Below, piece by piece: positions 1 to 14,828 of a DNA stretch of 64,000 bases. The DNA is from Camelus dromedarius (lineage: Eukaryota), in NCBI RefSeq assembly GCF_036321535.1, contig NC_087436.1:8928001-8992000 (forward strand), written 5' to 3'. The notes beneath the pieces are model-generated. The model had not been told where the DNA came from. It saw nothing but the letters and a program-made list of their open reading frames with translations, and made no database searches. Position 1 is the stretch's first letter. Every line of letters starts with the position of its first letter. The position numbers and the translations under genes are program-made.

Positions 1-874
1 ATAAATAAGAAACATGTACTGGTGTGTTTATATTTATATTTAGATATAATTAGACTGTTAAAAGATTAACAAAGTATATATTTACCTAATAAGTGAGAAA
101 ATAATTCTATCATCTTTAAAATAAAAATTTAAATTTTGTATACTCTTTCTAAAAATTTTGTTTAACTAATATTCTTCTCTTATGTACACTTACTAAACAT
201 TCAATCCAATGTTCAGTTTTAAGTGCATACATAGTTTTATTTAAACATCCATCTATATTTATACAGATTTATGAATCTATTTATAATTCTATATTCAGGA
301 GTAATATGAGTTCTCTTTTTTTCTTTCCCTTCTCTTTCCCAGCTTGGTTGAGATTATGTGAATAGTGGGTAAACACATGCATTCCAGCAGATGAACTGAG
401 AAGCTCAAAGCCAAGAAGTAATCATGATTTTGCAGACATTATTGGGCGTTACTTTTACTTGAGCAGTACTAACTTCCTCAGGGCTTCAGCTGATAGTTTA
501 CACAAAGAATGTCACAGAGGAGGTGCTTGTATGACCTCATGATTTTGATCAACACATACAGCCTAAACTCTATAAAGGAAATCTCTTTCTGGTTTACTCA
601 CAGTTTGCATCTCCCTCAAACTAGGAGACCCAACAAATAAGGACATATGTTTTAAAACTTAGAAGAAAAGACAAAAGGACTATGAAATTCCAGATAAAGG
701 GAAAAAAATAACAATAAGGATAATAGGGCTCTGATTATAAAATGTGAAATAAAATGTCCTAGCTGAAACATGAAAAGGGAAATGTCAAGTTTACTGATAT
801 ATTATTATTCCTGAAAAAAATATCATTTTATTCAATTTAAATATTCATTCCTTTGTTCTGTCCTTTTTTATCTG

Positions 875-1335
875 CAAATCACAAACTTCTAATTTATTCT
901 CCACTCCCTCCCACTTTTCCCTTTGGTAACCATAAATTTGTTTTCCATGTCTATTAGTCTGTTTCTGCCTTGTAAATAAGTTAATTTAGATTTTTTTTTA
1001 GATTCCACACATAACTGATGTTATATGATATTTGTCTTTCTCTGTCTGACTTAATTCACAGAATGACAATCTCTAGGTCCATCCATGTTGCTGCAGATGG
1101 CATTATTTCATTCCTTTTTACAGCTGAATAGTATGCCATTGCATAAATATACCACAGCTTCTTTATCCAGTCATCTGTCAATGGGCATTAAGGTCGTTTC
1201 CATGTCTTGACTGTTGTAAATAGCGCTGCTATGAACATTGGGGTGCAGGTATCTTTTCAAATTACAGTTTTCTCTGGATATGTGCCCAGGAGTAGAATTT
1301 CTGGATTATATGGTAACTCAACTTGTAGTTTTTTC
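875..1335 (-). mobile_element. 5'-truncated L1 (ORF2 C-terminus and 3' UTR)
   Basis: Reverse-strand L1 hallmarks (ttagattccacacata, atccatgttgctgcagatgg, ctgctatgaacattggggtgcagg) shared with other L1 copies in the window. Confidence 0.9.
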
Positions 1336-1559
1336 ATATAAAGTCCTTTGAATATCAAATTTAAGTGAAATAGTGATAACAAATTCTAGAAATTTTCTCT
1401 TGATCTAAAACCTCATTTAATTTTTCCATCCATTGTTTGACATGGATATTATCATCCTAAGCTTATAGATAATACCACTGAGCTAAGAAATTTACATTTC
1501 TGGTGGTTATTAATCTTTCCTGCAACTATGACCTTTTTCCTACATATTAGATTTGTACT

Positions 1560-2460
1560 TTGAAATGCCCAATCAAAATCTCCACTTACAGCTTTAATAC
1601 TCACTCTAAAAGGCAATACGGGAGCCTTCCCCCTTTTCTGAACTTCCTCTTCTTCAGTCTTTCCTCAGTCAAAAAATGGCTGATTTCTGAAAATTTGGTG
1701 TTGTCTTTGATGTCTTTCACTTCAGTGCTTTGACTCTATCTTTGTCCCACCCTGCCCTCACTGGCAGACTAACAGCACATGACATTGGACTTCCCTACAG
1801 AGTACATTCTGAATCCAAGAACTTGCCTCACCTCCCCCACTGTCACAGTGCATTAGTGTCACAGCATCACCTCTGAGCTAGTGCTTTGCCACTTTAATAG
1901 CCTCAAACCTGAGCCCCTCTCTTTTACTCCCCTCATACTGCAAAGTCTTCATCACACTGGAGCCAGAGTGATTGTTTTGAAATATGAATCTGTTCATGGT
2001 ACCTCCTGGGGCAAAACACAGCAGTGACTTCCACAAGGGACAACTTCCCAACCGCTTAGCAAAGTGAGCATGTCTCTACAGGAACTCATCTCAGGCAACT
2101 CCCCAGCAGCATCTCAGCCACATGGAGTAGTAACTTCCCAAACACAGGCTATGTGTATCTAACTCCATACCTCTCCAATTCCTTTGCATTTTGCCTTAAA
2201 ATTTTTTCTGTATTGTCACCTGGCTAGCAAACCTCACTCCATTTAATTCTTTGTTCAAATATTAACTTATGAGAAGGACCATCCAAGACCTTCTTCTGAA
2301 ATTCATATTCTTCTTCCAACCCTGGGACACTTTCCTATCTGTTATTACTGCTTACCTTTATCACTATTATATTTTATATTTATTTCTTTACACTCTGCTC
2401 TCTCCCACTAGAATGTTATTTCTATGGAAGCAACAGAATTGTTTCTCCTGTCTGGTTCTC
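1560..2460 (+). mobile_element. Degraded LINE-2 fragment
   Basis: Pyrimidine-rich sequence with L2-like blocks (cacactggagccagagtgattgttttgaaatatgaatctg; tctcccactagaatgt). Boundaries approximate. Confidence 0.55.
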
Positions 2461-2749
2461 TGATTCTGAATACAGTAATTTCTTAAGTGTTAATCTTTAT
2501 TAAACTTAAATATTATTAACCGTGTTAGCAGACATCCTTCTCAAGATCATTAACCACATTGGCAAAGACATTTTTCCCCCCTTTACAGTAAATTCACACT
2601 TGCCATGGATCAGGTCCTGGATATCTCTTCGAAGGTCATTATCCTGTCTACTATATTGATTAAACACAGCATATAAATATAACAGAACCTTGACTCATCT
2701 ATTTCATATTTGTCTTTCTGAAAAATATGTATGAAGCTGACACTGATAT

Positions 2750-3380
2750 AATGTTGAACTCTAAAATGGTACAACCACTCTGGCAAACAATTTGGCAGTT
2801 TCTTAATAAGTTAAAACATATACTTAACCATATGACCTAGCAAATTCATTCTTAGGCGTTTATCTTGGAGAAGTAACAATGTATGTCCATTCAAAAACCT
2901 ATAAACAAATGTTTTATAGGGGCTGTCTTCTTATTGCCCCAAACTGCAAACGACCTAACTGTCCTTTGACAGGTGAATGGATGAATGAACTGCAGTGTTC
3001 ACACAATGGAATACTACTCAACAATGAAAAAGAAACAAACTGCGGATTACACAACAAAAATGAATCCCACAGCCATTATGCTGAGGGAAAGTAGCCAGTT
3101 TCAAATGGTCCTGGACTGTGTGATTCCATCCATGTGATGTTCTGTAAAAGGCAAAATGATAGAGAAAGAGATGAGATTAAGTGATTGCCCTCTGGTAGGA
3201 ATGGGGAGAGCATGTGACTGCAAACAACCAGCCAAGGGAATTTGGGGAGGGGAGTAAGCTAACTTCCTGTACCTGGACTGTGAAGGTGGTTACACACATC
3301 CATACATGTGTTAAAACTCATGCCACTGTACACCAAAGAGGTAAAAAAGTTAAACCTGACTGTATGTACATTTTAAAACT
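2750..3380 (+). mobile_element. Ancient L1M (L1MD/ME-like) 3' portion
   Basis: aaaatggtacaaccactctggcaaacaatttggcagtttctt...aatggaatactactcaacaatgaaaa; decayed ORF2 end and 3' UTR. Confidence 0.8.
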
Positions 3381-3544
3381 GTCAACCTTACAGTGTTCCA
3401 TGATACAGTAATTTATGACGTTGCTAAGGAACGAAGCAATTCTAACAGCTCTGATTGGTAAACATCAGTGATTTACCAATTTAATACATCCAGCCCCTAG
3501 TTTGAAAACTGTATTTCAAGTCATCATTTGTTCTTTACTCACTA

Positions 3545-3550
3545 CACACA

Positions 3551-3591
<41 letters not shown>
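3545..3591. repeat. (CA)n microsatellite
   Basis: Directly visible CA run with one interruption. Confidence 0.97.
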
Positions 3592-3595
<4 letters not shown>

Positions 3596-5314
3596 TCATC
3601 CTTTTTTCATAGTAGGGTTAAACTGCATATTAAAGTAGTATCAATTAACTTCAGGACTTGGGAATCAAGAGCATTTGGTAAATATTTTTAATATATTTAA
3701 GAACACACTATACTGAATACCTAGGACATCGTCTAAAACAACAATGAATGAAAAAGAAACAGGTTTACAAACAACTATATCTCTTACTCACGTTTATGTT
3801 TTAGAAAACACTGTACAAACTGATGCTGATTTCTCTGAGTCGGACATTTGAACCCCAGCACAAGTTCTTGCTGACTACCAGCTGTTTCTTCTGACAGCGA
3901 TGTACCATTGACCTAACTATCCTAGTGGGAGAAAAATGCGCAAGTCCCAGTAATAGCAGGAAAGGACTCAGTTCCCTGTGCTTTTTTTTTTTTTCTTTTG
4001 CTTTCCTTTTATAAAAGAAAAACACACACACACACACACAACCCTGATTTTCTTTTACACCGTATTATCTCAGGCCATCCGGCTTCATTATAGCCCAGTG
4101 GAAATTATACATTCCATATAATACTCTGCATTATAGTCAGGGTCAGAAAAGCCTTTTCCCCTCTATTTGAATGGTTTCTACTGCGTGATGCCTTAGTTCT
4201 GAATTCAGGAATTTCCTACAATGCCAATTTGCATGAACCCTCAAAAATTACTTATTAATCATGTGAGCAGGTATCTAGGGAATTTTATAAAATGGCCTCA
4301 AACTAATATCTGATGTTAGTTTTTAATGTAGATCAGACCCCTATCTTTGTGACCATTTAAAATTCCTATTTCATCAGGCAATGCGAAGACAGAAATGTAC
4401 CATGGCCTTACAAATGATCAAAACAGGGCCTGAATATTTGTCATATTTGATTAAATAGTATTCAGTTACATAAAAGTCCCTCTTTTACAGCTTTCCTTTG
4501 CTCTCATATCCTCTGGTCAGTTTTTTTCCAGATTTTGTGCCCAGCAGTAATACTGTCTTCCTCTTATAAGGCCTAAGCTGACAGTAATGGACTTTAAGCT
4601 GATCACCTGCCTTATCTTAAATTGTTCCTTTCTATTTCAGGATTTTCTGAAATCACTAGTGACCTACTACTTGAAAACCACAAACCCTCAACTAATTCCT
4701 GACAACGGATTATTTGGAAACTTTATCTGTTGTACCAAAGCAAAAGTGTAATATTTGGAAAACGGGAAACGTTCTTACAGCTTTTGGCATCTTTACCAAC
4801 TAATAATTTTCTTTCCTTATCTGTTTACTATTTTACCCTTATTCATCCCAATGTTACTATTTTAGAAACCCAGAATAAACATTTCAATCCAATGATATTA
4901 CCTGTAAATCCAAAGTATTCATAACAGTTCTTTGTTAAGGAAACATAAAAACTTTAAATAACAATAAACAAGAATGCTATATCTAGGGTATTTCCTTTTT
5001 ATATAGATCAAAAAGGATAATGGAAAATAAAAATGATTTTAAGCATGTTTTATCTTCATTTATTTTCTCTACACACTTCCATTTCCATTTCCAGTGGAAT
5101 AATCATTTTACAAAACCCGAGTTATCTTTCCAGTAGAAGGAAGAGCCACAGCCTCTTTCTGTGGGAGAGTAGCTGCTGTGTCGGAAGCCATCTCTCACCA
5201 TCCACGTAGGAGGCTGACTGCTAAATGGTCCATTGAAACGTATACATAGGTTGGTTTCATGTTGCCTCCAAAAGACACCTATCCAAAATACTCAGGTGTT
5301 ATCCTTTTCAGGTC

Positions 5315-5700
5315 AACTGGGAATTAATGGGCAAATAAACATTTAAGGACATAGTTGAACTCAGCAACACACCAGTCAACTGGATATAATTGACATCTAT
5401 AGACTGTTTCATCCCCAAACAGCAGAATGTGCATCCTTCTTAAGCTCACATGGACTATTTATCAAGAGAGATCACACTCAGGCCCATAAAAACACCTTAA
5501 CAAATTTAAAAGCACAGAAGTGTACCATGTCTGCTCTCAGCCCACGATGGAATTAAACTGGAAATCAATGACAGAAAGATAACTGGAACAAGTCAAATAT
5601 GTGGAGATGAACAACACCCTTCTGAAGAACACATGGGTAAAAGAGGAGATCTCAAAACAAATTAAAAAATATTTTGCATTAAAGAAAATGAAAACATAAG
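5315..5700 (+). mobile_element. Old L1 ORF2 endonuclease-region fragment
   Basis: aacagcagaatgtgcatccttcttaagctcacatgg...aattaaactggaaatcaatgacagaaag is homologous to the endonuclease region at about 47850-48250. Confidence 0.8.
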
Positions 5701-5774
5701 CTTATCAAGAAGAGTGGAGCACAGTTAAAGAGTGCTTCGAAGGACTCACGTCCCTCCCCCATCCTCGCTGCTGC

Positions 5775-8460
5775 TTTATTGAGATACAACAGACATACAC
5801 ATTGGATAAAGTTAAGGTGTACAATGTAACAATTTGATGTATGTCTGTATTGTGAATTGATTCCCACAATAAGGTTAGTGAACACACTCATCACCTCATA
5901 TAACTACAATGTTATTTTACAGTAAGAATATTCGAGATTTTTTTCTTTCAGGAACTTTCAAGTACATAAGGCATAAATATTAATTATAATCACCATGCCA
6001 TAAATTATATCCTCAGAAGTAAATCAGCCTATAACTGGAAGTTTGTACCCTTTGATCACCTTTTCCCCATCTCCCCCCACTCCCCAGCTCCTAGAAACCA
6101 TCAATCTACTTTGTTTCTAGGAATTTGGCTTCTTCTTTTTTTTTTTTTTTTAAGAATTCCACATACAAGTGATATTATCCAGTAATTGTCTTTCTTTAAC
6201 TTATTTCCCTTAGCAGAACATCATCAGGGTCCATCTATGTTATCACACATATCAGGATTTCCTTCTTTCTCATGGTTTAATAGAATACACATATATATGA
6301 TTCACTCATCTATCAATACCCAAATAGGTTGTTCCCATGTCTGGTTATTGTAAATAATGCCACACTAAACTTTGGGATGGAGATATCTCTTCAAGACAGT
6401 GATTTCATTTTCACTGACTATACACCCAGAAATGGGATTGATGGATCATACGTTAGATCCATTTTATTTTATTTTGAGGACACTCCATAGGCTTTTCTGC
6501 AGTGGTTGTACCAATTTACATTCTCACCAATAGTTCACAAGGCTTCCTTTTCTCCACATCATTGCCAACACTTGTTATCTCTTGTCTTTTTGGTAATAGT
6601 CGTGCTAACAAGTGTGAGGTGATACCACGTGGTCTCCATGTGTATTTCCTTGATGATCAGTGACTTCCTGATGATTAGATTAGTATATTTACATGTACCT
6701 TTTGGCCATTTCTATGTCTTCTCTGGAAGAACGTCTATTTAAATTGTTTGCCCATTAAAAAAAATCAGATTATTATGTTTTTTTTTTTTGCCAGTGAGTT
6801 ATATGAGTTTCTTATATGTTTTGGATATAAATCACTTATCTAATAAATGGTTTGCAAATATTTTCTCCCATTTCTTAGGTTGTCTTTTCATCTTCTTGGT
6901 TTCTTTTGCTGTGCAGAAGCTTTTTGATTCGCTGCGGTTCCACTTGTTTATTTATTTTTTTGCTTGTGCCTTTGCTTTCACATTCAAAACCTGTTGCCCA
7001 GATAATGTCAAGGTATCTTCCTCTAATTTTTTTTTCAGTTTTTTTTTATTGATTTATAATCATTTTACAATGTTGTGTCAAATTCCAGTAGAGAGCACAA
7101 TTTTTCCGTTATACATGAACATATATATATTCATTGTCACATTTTTTTTCTCTGCAAGCTACCATAAGATCTTGTGTATATTTCCCTGTGCTATACAGTA
7201 TAATCTTGTTTATCTATTCTACAATTTTGAAATCCCATCTATCCTTTCCCACCCTCCGCCCCCTTGGCAACCACAAGTTTGTATTCTATGTCTATGAGTC
7301 TATTTCTGTTTTGTATTTATGCTTTGTTTTTTCTGTTTTTGTTTTTGTTTTTTTTTTAGATTCCACATATGAGTGATCTCATATGGTATTTTTCTTTCTC
7401 TTTCTGGCTTACTTCACTTAGAATGACATTCTCCAGGAGCATCCATGTTGCTGCAAATGGCGTTATGTTGTCAGTTTTTATGGCTGAATAGTATTCCATT
7501 GTATAAATATACCACATCTTCTTTATCCAGTCATCCATTGATGGAGATTTAGGCCATCTCCATGTCTTGGCTATTGTAAATAGTGCTGCTAAGAACACTG
7601 GGGTGCAGGTGTCATCCTGAAGTAGGGTTCTTCTGGATATATGCCCAGGAACGGGATTCCTGGGTCATATGGTAAGTCTATTTTTTCCTATAGAAGTTCT
7701 ATGGTTTCATGTTGTATCTTTAAGTCTTTAATCCATCTTGAGTTAAATTTTGTGAATGGTTTAAGATAAGGGTAAAATTTTATTCTTTTGCATGGGGATA
7801 CCAATTCCCCAACACCTTTTATTAAAGAGACTGTCCTTCCGCCATTGAATGTCCTTGGCTGTTGTGTGAAATATTATTCAAATACATATGGGTGGGTTTA
7901 TTTCTGGGCTTTCAATTCTGTACCATTGGTCAATGTGTCTGCTTTATGGCAGTGCTATTCTCTTTTGATATAGCAATATAGTTTGAAATAATAGTAATAT
8001 AGTTTGAAATCAGGAAGTGTGATAACCTCAAGCTATGCTCCTCTTTTTCAAGATTGCTTTGGTTATTTGAGGTCTTTAGTGGTTCCATACAAATTTTAGA
8101 ATTGTTTCGTCTATTTCTGTGAAAAATGTCACTGGAATTTTGATCAAGATATGCATGAAACTACAAATGGCTTTGGGTAGTAAGAATATTTTTTAAAATG
8201 TTCATTCTTTTGGTATGTGAACATGGGAAGTGGACCCATTTATTCATGTCCTCTTCAATTTCTTTCATCAATATTCAGTGTACAAACCTTTTACCTCCTT
8301 GGCTAAATTCTAAGTATTTTGTCGATCTTAACGCTATTACAAATTAGATTATTCATTTTGCTTTCTGACAGTTTGTCGTTTGTGTATAGAAACACAATTG
8401 AATTCTGTATGCTGATTTTGTTTTCTGCAACTTTACCGAATTCATTTATTAGTTTTAATA
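5775..8460 (-). mobile_element. L1 (L1MA/MB-like) 3' half, interrupted by a younger L1 at about 7028-7680
   Basis: Starts with tttattgagataca (reverse of L1 tail) and continues as antisense ORF2 sequence (gtgcagaagctttt, aaatcaggaagtgtga, gtgtatagaaacacaa). Confidence 0.88.
7028..7680 (-). mobile_element. Young lineage-specific L1 3' end nested in the older L1
   Basis: ORF 7356-7598 gives an intact ORF2 C-terminus nearly identical to that of ORF 52768-53145. The 3' UTR matches 53145-53470 in reverse, and the host L1 resumes at about 7681. Confidence 0.92.
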
Positions 8461-9710
8461 GGAGAAAACCTAGATGACCTTGGGTATGGCAATGACTTTT
8501 TAGTTACAACACAGAAGGCATGATAAATGAAAGAAACAATTGAGAAACTGGATTTCATTAAAAGTATAGACTTCTGCTCTGCAAAAGGCAACATCAAGAG
8601 AATGAGAAGCCAAACTACAAACTGGGAGAAAATATTTGCAAAAAAAACCCCATATCTGATAAAGAATTGTTATCCAAAATATACAAATAAATTTTAAAAC
8701 CTAAAAAAAAAAGAAAAACCTGATTAAAAATTGCCAACTACCTTAACAGCCATCTCAATAAAGAAAATATACAGATGGAAAATTAACACATGTAAAGATG
8801 CTCAATATCAGATGTCATCAGGGAGATGCAAAATTAGGCAAAAAGTTATCTCTACGCTCCTATCTGAAAGGTCAAACTCTAGAACACTGACAACACCAAA
8901 TGCTGGGGAGAATGTAGAGCAACAAGAACTCTCATTCACTGCTGTCAGCATCGTGACACAGAGCAGCCACTTTGGGAGACAGTGCGGTGTCTTCTTACAA
9001 ATTGAAACATATTCCTACCAGACAATCCATCAATTGCACTTGTTATCCATACAAAGGAGCTCAAGTCTTATGTTCACAAACCTCCTGCACACAGGTGTTT
9101 GTAACAGCTTTATTTACAATTGGCAAAACTTGGAAGCAGCCAAGATGTCCCTCAGTAGGTAAATGGATAACACAATGTGGTAGATGGATAAATCTGAGGG
9201 ATATTATTTGATGTTAAAAATAAGAGGTACCATCAAGCCATGAAAAGAAAAGGAGAAATCTTATATGCATATTACCAACTAAAAGAAGGAAGTCTTAAAA
9301 GGCTATATACTGTAGGACCCAAACTACAGGACATTCTGGAAAAGGCAAAACTATGGAGGCAGCAAAAAGATCGGTGGTTTCCAAGGTTTGAAAGGGAAAA
9401 GAATACATAGGCAGAGCACAGAGGATTTTTAGGACAATGAAGCAAGTTTGTATGATATGACAATGGTGGATGTAAGTTATTATGCATGTGCCAAAACCCA
9501 TAAAATACAGAATACCAAGAGTGAACCCTAAAGTAAACCACGGACTTTGGGTGATAAAGATGTGTCAGTGTAGGTTCATGGATGATAACAAATGTACCAT
9601 GTGGTGCAGGAGGCTGATAGCGGGGGAAGCCATACAGGTGTGGTGCCAGGAGGTATGTGGACACTCTGAAATCTCGGCTCAATTTTGCTGTTAAACTAAA
9701 ACTGCTCTAT
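8460..9710 (+). mobile_element. L1MC-like 3' portion
   Basis: ggagaaaacctagatgaccttgggtatggc...agagtgaaccctaaagtaaacc...aaaactgctcta, typical old L1 ORF2 end plus long 3' UTR. Confidence 0.85.
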
Positions 9711-11940
9711 TTTCTTATAATAAGCATGTATAAATGATCCATCTAATTTCTAACCTAGTTTCTCACTGTCACATACCTCTGTCACCATTATCGGGCTTAT
9801 ATTAGTCCTGGGCAGCTGTTTGCTAAGTAATTCAAAATTTGCATAAAAATGTAGATTTCCCCCGATTTGTACTGTGATGAGTAGGGAAGCAAAGACAGCC
9901 CTCTGGGACAGTAAAAGTGTTCCAATGCAGGTAATCTGAGATTTAGAATCATGAACTTTGTTGGCATTTTGATGACGTCCAATTTCATCAGGAACCTATT
10001 ACTAATGACTGAAGTAAACTGATGTAAAAGTTAATTAATAGGTGAAAAACAGGTGCTGGTGTGCATAGGGAGATGTCAAGCTCATGAAGTCAGGCTAGAG
10101 CTTCTCACGTCTGAGGTTCTCCCAGAAATTAACTAACGGTGTTGCCAGCAAAGCAGGAGAACCCCAGGTGCATTATTCTTTGCTCTTTATCATGAAATGT
10201 TTCCTTACCTTCTTGAATGTTTTCTGTAAGACCTATTCAATGTTTATAAAATATATCTTTTTGTAAAAATATGCCTATGGTGCAGAATATTAGACATTCA
10301 TTTGAACTTCTGAGTGTTTACATCTATTTAAGCAGCTCTTGTCTGGAATGGTTGTCTCTCCCCTGGAAATAGAACGGTGTAAATTACAAGGGAGAGATGG
10401 GAAGAGCTGAGGAAGAGGAGGCTACAGGCAAGGAGGTTAGTGCAAACTTGCTACTGACCAGATGAGGAACTCAGGACAAGCTCAGACCTCCACAAGTCTC
10501 ACAGTCTCAATCCATCCCGTCTACACTGGAGGAAATACCGTGAGGGTTAATGAGACAGCAGATGTGAAAGACTGACATGAAAGCCACAGCAAATGCCCAC
10601 TGTCATCTTCAGGGCTGAGGCTGCCTTTCTTCTCCCTTCCTCTGCTCTGTGTTTCCCAGGAAATTTTGATGCACAGTGGAATGGAATGCAATATACAATG
10701 GTGCTCACCTTCCGTTGAAAGTAAAAAGAGCACAGAAATACAGCTTCAACAATGTAATGAATGCTTTACTTGAACTTGTAAAATGCCACTTCATTAAACT
10801 GGACTTTCATTTCTGTGAACTGTCTCCTGTGTCAAGTCTAACAATTTAGAAATCAGATACATCTATATACAAAACACATTTTAAATAATAGTATCATTTT
10901 TAGGTATTTAGATGATACTGCATTTCTCCAAAACAATTTTTTTTCCATTTCAATTAAAAATCTCTGGAGTGTCATTACATCACCATTGATGTAAGTCCTT
11001 ATCAACTGCATACCCTGTACTTTACAGATGTTAAGAAGTTACATCTATGGCAAGAGCATTCTGAAAAAAAGTGTTAACAAGTCTGCCTCCCTATCTCTCT
11101 TCAGATTAAGAACATTTTTATTGAGGGAGGAGTATAATATGAAAATTACACACTAAATAATTATTCTACAAAACAACAATAAAAAGACTCAAGCTCTGTC
11201 TCTCATACAGTTAGTTTCAAAGTCTCAGGTAGAAATTGAAACTAAATTTTGGGATATATATCCTTTTGATCTTAAATTATTTCTATGCATGAGAGATGCC
11301 ATGATAAATGGAAACTAGAGGTAATTATAGTCTTCAAAAACAGAAAAGTCTTTATCCCAGTCAAATGCGTAGGAGACCATTCATTTTTTTTTTTTAATTT
11401 TGCAACTGATCTTTGTCATATTTTGAGACCCTAATACATAGCCCAAATTCAATTTCTACAGATGGAAACTGAGAAAATTCAGGAGAAAAAGTAGGTGAAT
11501 TATTCTGGTGACTGGCTTTGCTGCTCAACTCAATTTTAAATATCTGAATCATTTCTACGATTGAAGGAGAGAGATCAGCACAAATGATCTAAATTTCGAC
11601 CGGGGATATTTTTGATTGACCGCCAGACCCTAAAATGTTCAAAGTAGGAGGCCGTTACTGTCTGCATTTATTTTTTTTAATACTATAACTTTAAGGGTGT
11701 AGAGTGGTCTAAAAAACAATGCAAGGAGTCACACGCAAGGATGGTTCTGTAAAATTTGCCATTTGTATTGTCACAATTTGGAAACTTAAGAAGTAAATGA
11801 GGATGAGATCATATTTGATTCATAGTTATATAAATGGCTGAACGAGCAAACGTCAACAAGGGAAAATAGTCGAGCTATTTCTTTGCTCAATACATTCTTG
11901 ATGGCATTACTAAGCTTTGGAAATCTAACTGAGTATTTTG

Positions 11941-12092
11941 GTTTTTTTGTTTGTTGGTTGGTTTTTTGGGGGGAGGAGGTAATTAGAGGGTTTTTTTTAA
12001 ATTTTTTTTTTTAGAGGAGTTACTGAGGATTGAACCCAAGACCTCGTGCATGCTAAACCTACGCTCTACAACTTGAGCTATACCCATGCCCT
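11941..12092 (-). mobile_element. tRNA-Ala-derived SINE (camelid Vic-1-like)
   Basis: Reverse complement gives tatagctcaagttgtagag...ggttcaatcc (A and B boxes). TSD taactgagtattttg (11926-11940) / taactgtgcattttg (12093-12107). Confidence 0.9.
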
Positions 12093-13083
12093 TAACTGTG
12101 CATTTTGAACTCTAAAAATAAATTAAGTCCCCCAAAAGAGCATAGACAAGAATATAGATTGATTAATTAATTAATTAATTAAAATTTTAAAAAGTCAGTG
12201 GGCTGCTAATATGTTTTTCTCGATGCATGTGTGTGTGTTTTCCTTTTGGCAGGAACCCTTAATCTGGATTAGTTAGGTAGTCACAGCTGCTCTCATTGAT
12301 GCCAGTGCCATCAAAATATGAAAGGTGTTAGAAGAATAATATGAAGAGAGATTGAAAGGACTTAAACACAGTATAACTAATTAGCTAGAAAACTCAACCA
12401 GTTCCTGTTTGTTTTCCTTTAATCAACGATTATTTCTCAAAAGCAAATTACACACCAGCTCTTGGGCTGCACACAGTTGAAGCAACTGGTAATTCTATAA
12501 TAGTCCTGTCTTGAATGAAATTACTGTTTAATTTGGGAAAACAGATAAGGAACTTAAGCTCCATAATTCATATTGGTGGATAGCTGTACCATACAGCCTC
12601 TGTTAGAGGAAGTTCTTTTATTTCAGTTATGAATGGGAGGCATTAAGACAAATATCTTCCACATTCATTAATCATATTTGGATACAAAAAGGGCCAGTCC
12701 TTTGAACAATATGAATGGACTCTGAAGTAGATAATTACAAATGAGTACCTCTCTACATCATCGTTACCTGCATCTGTGTCTGAAAGTCATCTTTAATGAT
12801 ATCATTGATTGTAAAGCTCACTGTATTCTTAAAGCCCCACCACCTTTGTACTATATTCAAGGGCTATATGCCTAACACATAAGAAAAAGGGGACATTTTG
12901 TTTAGAATGTACACATGCTAAATCTGATACTGAAACACATCACAAATATTTGTATAACAATTCCAGAGTCCCTGGGTGGTCATCACGACAATCCTGATTT
13001 AAGATATCCTCTACAAAACAACTGCAGCATTGATTGCAACTTCAGTGTTGTAAAAAATTGATAAACAAAAATCTCCATTAAAT

Positions 13084-13388
13084 CGTCGGGAGACCAGCAG
13101 GGGGAGCTCTCAGGCCCCGCGATAATCACAGAGCCCAAGAAAGTCTTCTCCTTTTCCTTGGCCAGGACCCAGACAATGTGAAATCATGGACTCTATTTAT
13201 TACAGCCCCGATGACTTCCTTTTCCCATCTATAAAAGCATTCTCCTTCCCTTGCTGTGCAGGGGACTTACTCATTGCTCACCATGGTTGCAGACCCCAAA
13301 TTGGGATTCTCTGTTGAACCCAAATAAACCCATCTTTGCTGGAGAAACACCTGGCAGCTGATTTTTTTTTTTTTTCCTCCAGGCCAAA
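13084..13388 (+). mobile_element. Short ERV1-type solo LTR (MER34-like)
   Basis: TATA-like ctataaaag, polyA signal aataaa (about 13323), 3' end ctggcag...tttt..aggcca; possible aaat TSD. Family name from memory. Confidence 0.65.
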
Positions 13389-13853
13389 ATTTGTGTTTAA
13401 ATATTTTTTGCCAAGCTTGGTCAACTTAAGCTTTCAAGTAGGTAAATTCATGACTGCTTACTTTTTATTGGCTTGGTAATTTATAGGGAATGCAATATTT
13501 CATGGTTCTAAAGAAAGTCTGTAGCAAATTCACAAATCCCAAATCCCATAAAAGCATTAGCAGGTAAGGCTGAGAGTCATTTAACCTAAACTGATGTTGC
13601 ATGGTTTCAAGGGTATTGCCTAGTTATTTCAGCACAGATAAATTAAACTGCTCGTTCAGACCTCTGACCAAGAAGGGAAAAACTAACAACAGCACGACCA
13701 ACAACAAAAAAACTATTACTTTACCCACTATTACCAAGGTTGTCTCATCAAAATTCAGGTACATGTTTGATCAATTGTTATTTCCTCCATAAATCAGTGT
13801 TGTCTTCTATTTCTGAGCGGCATGTTATAGTTATTTAATTATCTATCTATTTA

Positions 13854-14828
13854 TTTTTAATATATTTTATTGAAGTATAGTCAGTTTACAATGTTGTGTC
13901 AATTTCTGGTGTACAGCACAATGCTTCAGTCCTACATATACATACATATATTCATTTTTGTATTCTTTTTCACATAAGTTACTAAAAGATATTGAATATA
14001 GTTCCCTGTGCTATGCAGCATAGAGTTGTTTATCTATTTTATATATATTAGCTAGTATTTGCAAATTTAGAACTCCTAGTTTATCCCTTCCCTCCCCCTT
14101 CCCCTCTGGTAACCATGTTTGTTTTCTATGTCTGTGAGTCTGTTTCTGTTCTGCAAATCAGTTTATTTGTCCTTGTTGTTTAGATTTCACATATAAGTGA
14201 TATTATGCGGTATTTTTCTTTCTCTTTCTGGCTTACTTCATTTAGAAAGACAATCTCCAGGTCCATCCATGTTGCTGCAAAGGGCATTATTTGATTCATT
14301 TTTATGGCTGAGTAGTATTCCCTTGTATAAGTGTACCACAACTTCTTTATCCAGGCATCTGTTGATGGACATTTAGGTTGTTTCCGTGTCTTGGCTATTG
14401 TAAACAGTGCTGCTGTGAACGTTGGGGTGCATGTATCTTTTTGAATTAAGTTTCCCTCTGGATATATGCCAGGAGTGGGATTGCTGGATCACAGGGTAAG
14501 TGTATTTTTAGTTTTCTGAGGAACCTTCATACTGTCCTCCATAATGGCTGCACCATACTACATTCCCACCAACAGTGTAGGAGGGTTCCCTTTCCTCCAC
14601 AGCCTCTCCAGCATTTACCATTTGTGGACTTTTGAATGACGGCCATTCTGTCTAGTGTGAGGTGATACCTCATTGTAGTTTTGATTTGCATTTCTCTGGT
14701 AGTTAGCAATATTGAGCATTTTTTCATGTGCCTATTGGCCACTTGTATGTCTTCATTGGAGAATTGCTTGTTTAGGTCTTCTGCTCATTTTTGGAATGGG
14801 TTGTTTGTTTTGTTCTTATTAAGTTGTC
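13854..14828 (-). mobile_element. 5'-truncated lineage-specific L1 with TSD
   Basis: ORF 14527-14742 is L1 ORF2-like ([10 protein letters not shown]...HCWWEC). 14-bp TSD tatctatctattta at 13840-13853 and 14829-14842. Confidence 0.93.

Noticed and set aside
7972..8010. Short tandem duplications (also about 28542-28590 and 9153-9192)
   Set aside because: Ordinary slippage duplications of about 20-30 bp with no array structure; not CRISPR-like.
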